Of a stretch of DNA of 64,000 bases, positions 63,218-64,000 are shown in pieces. This stretch comes from Desulfarculaceae bacterium (GTDB lineage Bacteria > Desulfobacterota > Desulfocorpusculales > Desulfocorpusculum), in assembly GCA_037443445.1 (NCBI GenBank), contig JBBIOJ010000008.1, positions 4,122 through 68,121 of the forward strand, given 5' to 3'. The translations under genes were made by a program, and so were the position numbers. How positions within the stretch are numbered: position 1 is the stretch's first letter; the number at the start of each line of letters is the position of its first letter. The notes beneath the pieces were generated by a model that worked only from the letters and a program-made list of their open reading frames with translations, was not told the DNA's origin and did no database searches.

Positions 63218-64000
63218 GTGAGATACACCCTCGCGGCCCTTGTCTTGATCTGGGCATGGGCCTTGTCCTTCGAGCCGTGGCCCCAGGCTCTGGGAAATGA
63301 CGGGAATACCTGGGGGGGGAGGCATTCCAGGTGGAGCACCCAGAAGCAGGGGAAGGTCTGGTGGCTCCTCAGCCCCGAGGGAAAGCGCTTTTTCTCTGTG
63401 GGGGTGAATGTGGTCACAGGTGGCTCGGAGCAGCGGGATTACAGGGGAAGGATTTGGTATAGTTGGCCGTCTTTTTACCCCAGTTTCGAGACCTGGCTTT
63501 TGGCCACCAGGGTGAGGCTCAGGGAGTGGGGATTCAACACCGCAGGGGGCTGGTCCTTGCACCCAAAGGAGCTCAGGCTCCCGGTCACCCCGGAGTTGGA
63601 TCTGGGGAGGTTGTCCAGATTCCACTGGTTCGATCCCTTTGAGCCCTCCATGAAAGAGCGCATGAAGCAGATGGCTAGGCAACTGGTGGCCCCGTACAGA
63701 GGAAACCCCTATCGCATAGGCTACTTTTCGGACAACGAGGTGGGCTGGTGGAATGGGCCCCTTTTTGTGTACTACATCCAGAAGCCTGCCTCCAACCACA
63801 CCAAGAGAAGGCTGGTGGAGCTCCTCAAAGAGCATTACCAGGGGGACTGGAGCCGCTTCCTGGAGGACTTCCAGGTACCGCTGGGCATAGGCTCCTTCGA
63901 GGAGTTGGCCAAGACCGGCGGCACCGACGTGCTCATGCGGCCAGGGGGAAAAGGGATTCAGGTGGTCAGGCGCTGGACAGGGATTCTCTCTTCCCATTAT
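63218..64000 (+). CDS. Secreted GH50 (beta-agarase-like) glycoside hydrolase; runs off the window end and is not in the ORF track
   Basis: GTG start and signal peptide. WWLLSPEGKRFFSVGVN, RLREWGFNTAGGWS, IGYFSDNE. Confidence 0.8.
   Translation, partial: MRYTLAALVLIWAWALSFEPWPQALGNDGNTWGGRHSRWSTQKQGKVWWLLSPEGKRFFSVGVNVVTGGSEQRDYRGRIWYSWPSFYPSFETWLLATRVRLREWGFNTAGGWSLHPKELRLPVTPELDLGRLSRFHWFDPFEPSMKERMKQMARQLVAPYRGNPYRIGYFSDNEVGWWNGPLFVYYIQKPASNHTKRRLVELLKEHYQGDWSRFLEDFQVPLGIGSFEELAKTGGTDVLMRPGGKGIQVVRRWTGILSSHY

Noticed and set aside
1-64000. Prophage, integrase or IS elements
   Set aside because: No transposase, integrase, phage structural gene or att-like repeat was recognised.

Overview
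GC-rich bacterial chromosomal window, densely coding (~60 genes). The gene content looks like a Desulfobacterota/deltaproteobacterial anaerobe; this is inference, not a taxonomic call. From left to right it holds: (i) the end of an XrtA/PEP-CTERM-type exopolysaccharide export locus (TPR protein, outer-membrane beta-barrel, Wza-like, chain-length determinant, ExeA-like ATPase, tyrosine kinase); (ii) a cluster of secreted FN3/PKD proteins with sigma54-like promoters; (iii) trpB2-iorAB behind a probable attenuator; (iv) clpB and hsp20; (v) a D-glutamate-cyclase-domain/degenerate-MurD fusion, a glycerate kinase and a large FecR/DUF6600-like protein; (vi) an operon coupling an RsbU/RsbW/STAS partner-switch to an MlaE/F/D transporter; (vii) a Ser/Thr kinase, an orphan hypC and an IscS homologue lacking the PLP lysine, next to a candidate rod-shaped ncRNA; (viii) cstA with two degenerate ArsA/GET3-like ATPases; (ix) assorted transport and metabolic genes. 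There are two GTAG-REP/BIME-like repeat clusters. I found no CRISPR array, tRNA, rRNA or transposase. The strongest novelty candidates are a possible donor-strand-complemented FN3 filament system, the DUF4392-MurD fusion, the phospho-switch-linked Mla transporter, the K-to-Q IscS next to HypC, and the CstA-associated asymmetric ArsA pair. All family assignments come from recognising motifs by eye; no database searches were run.
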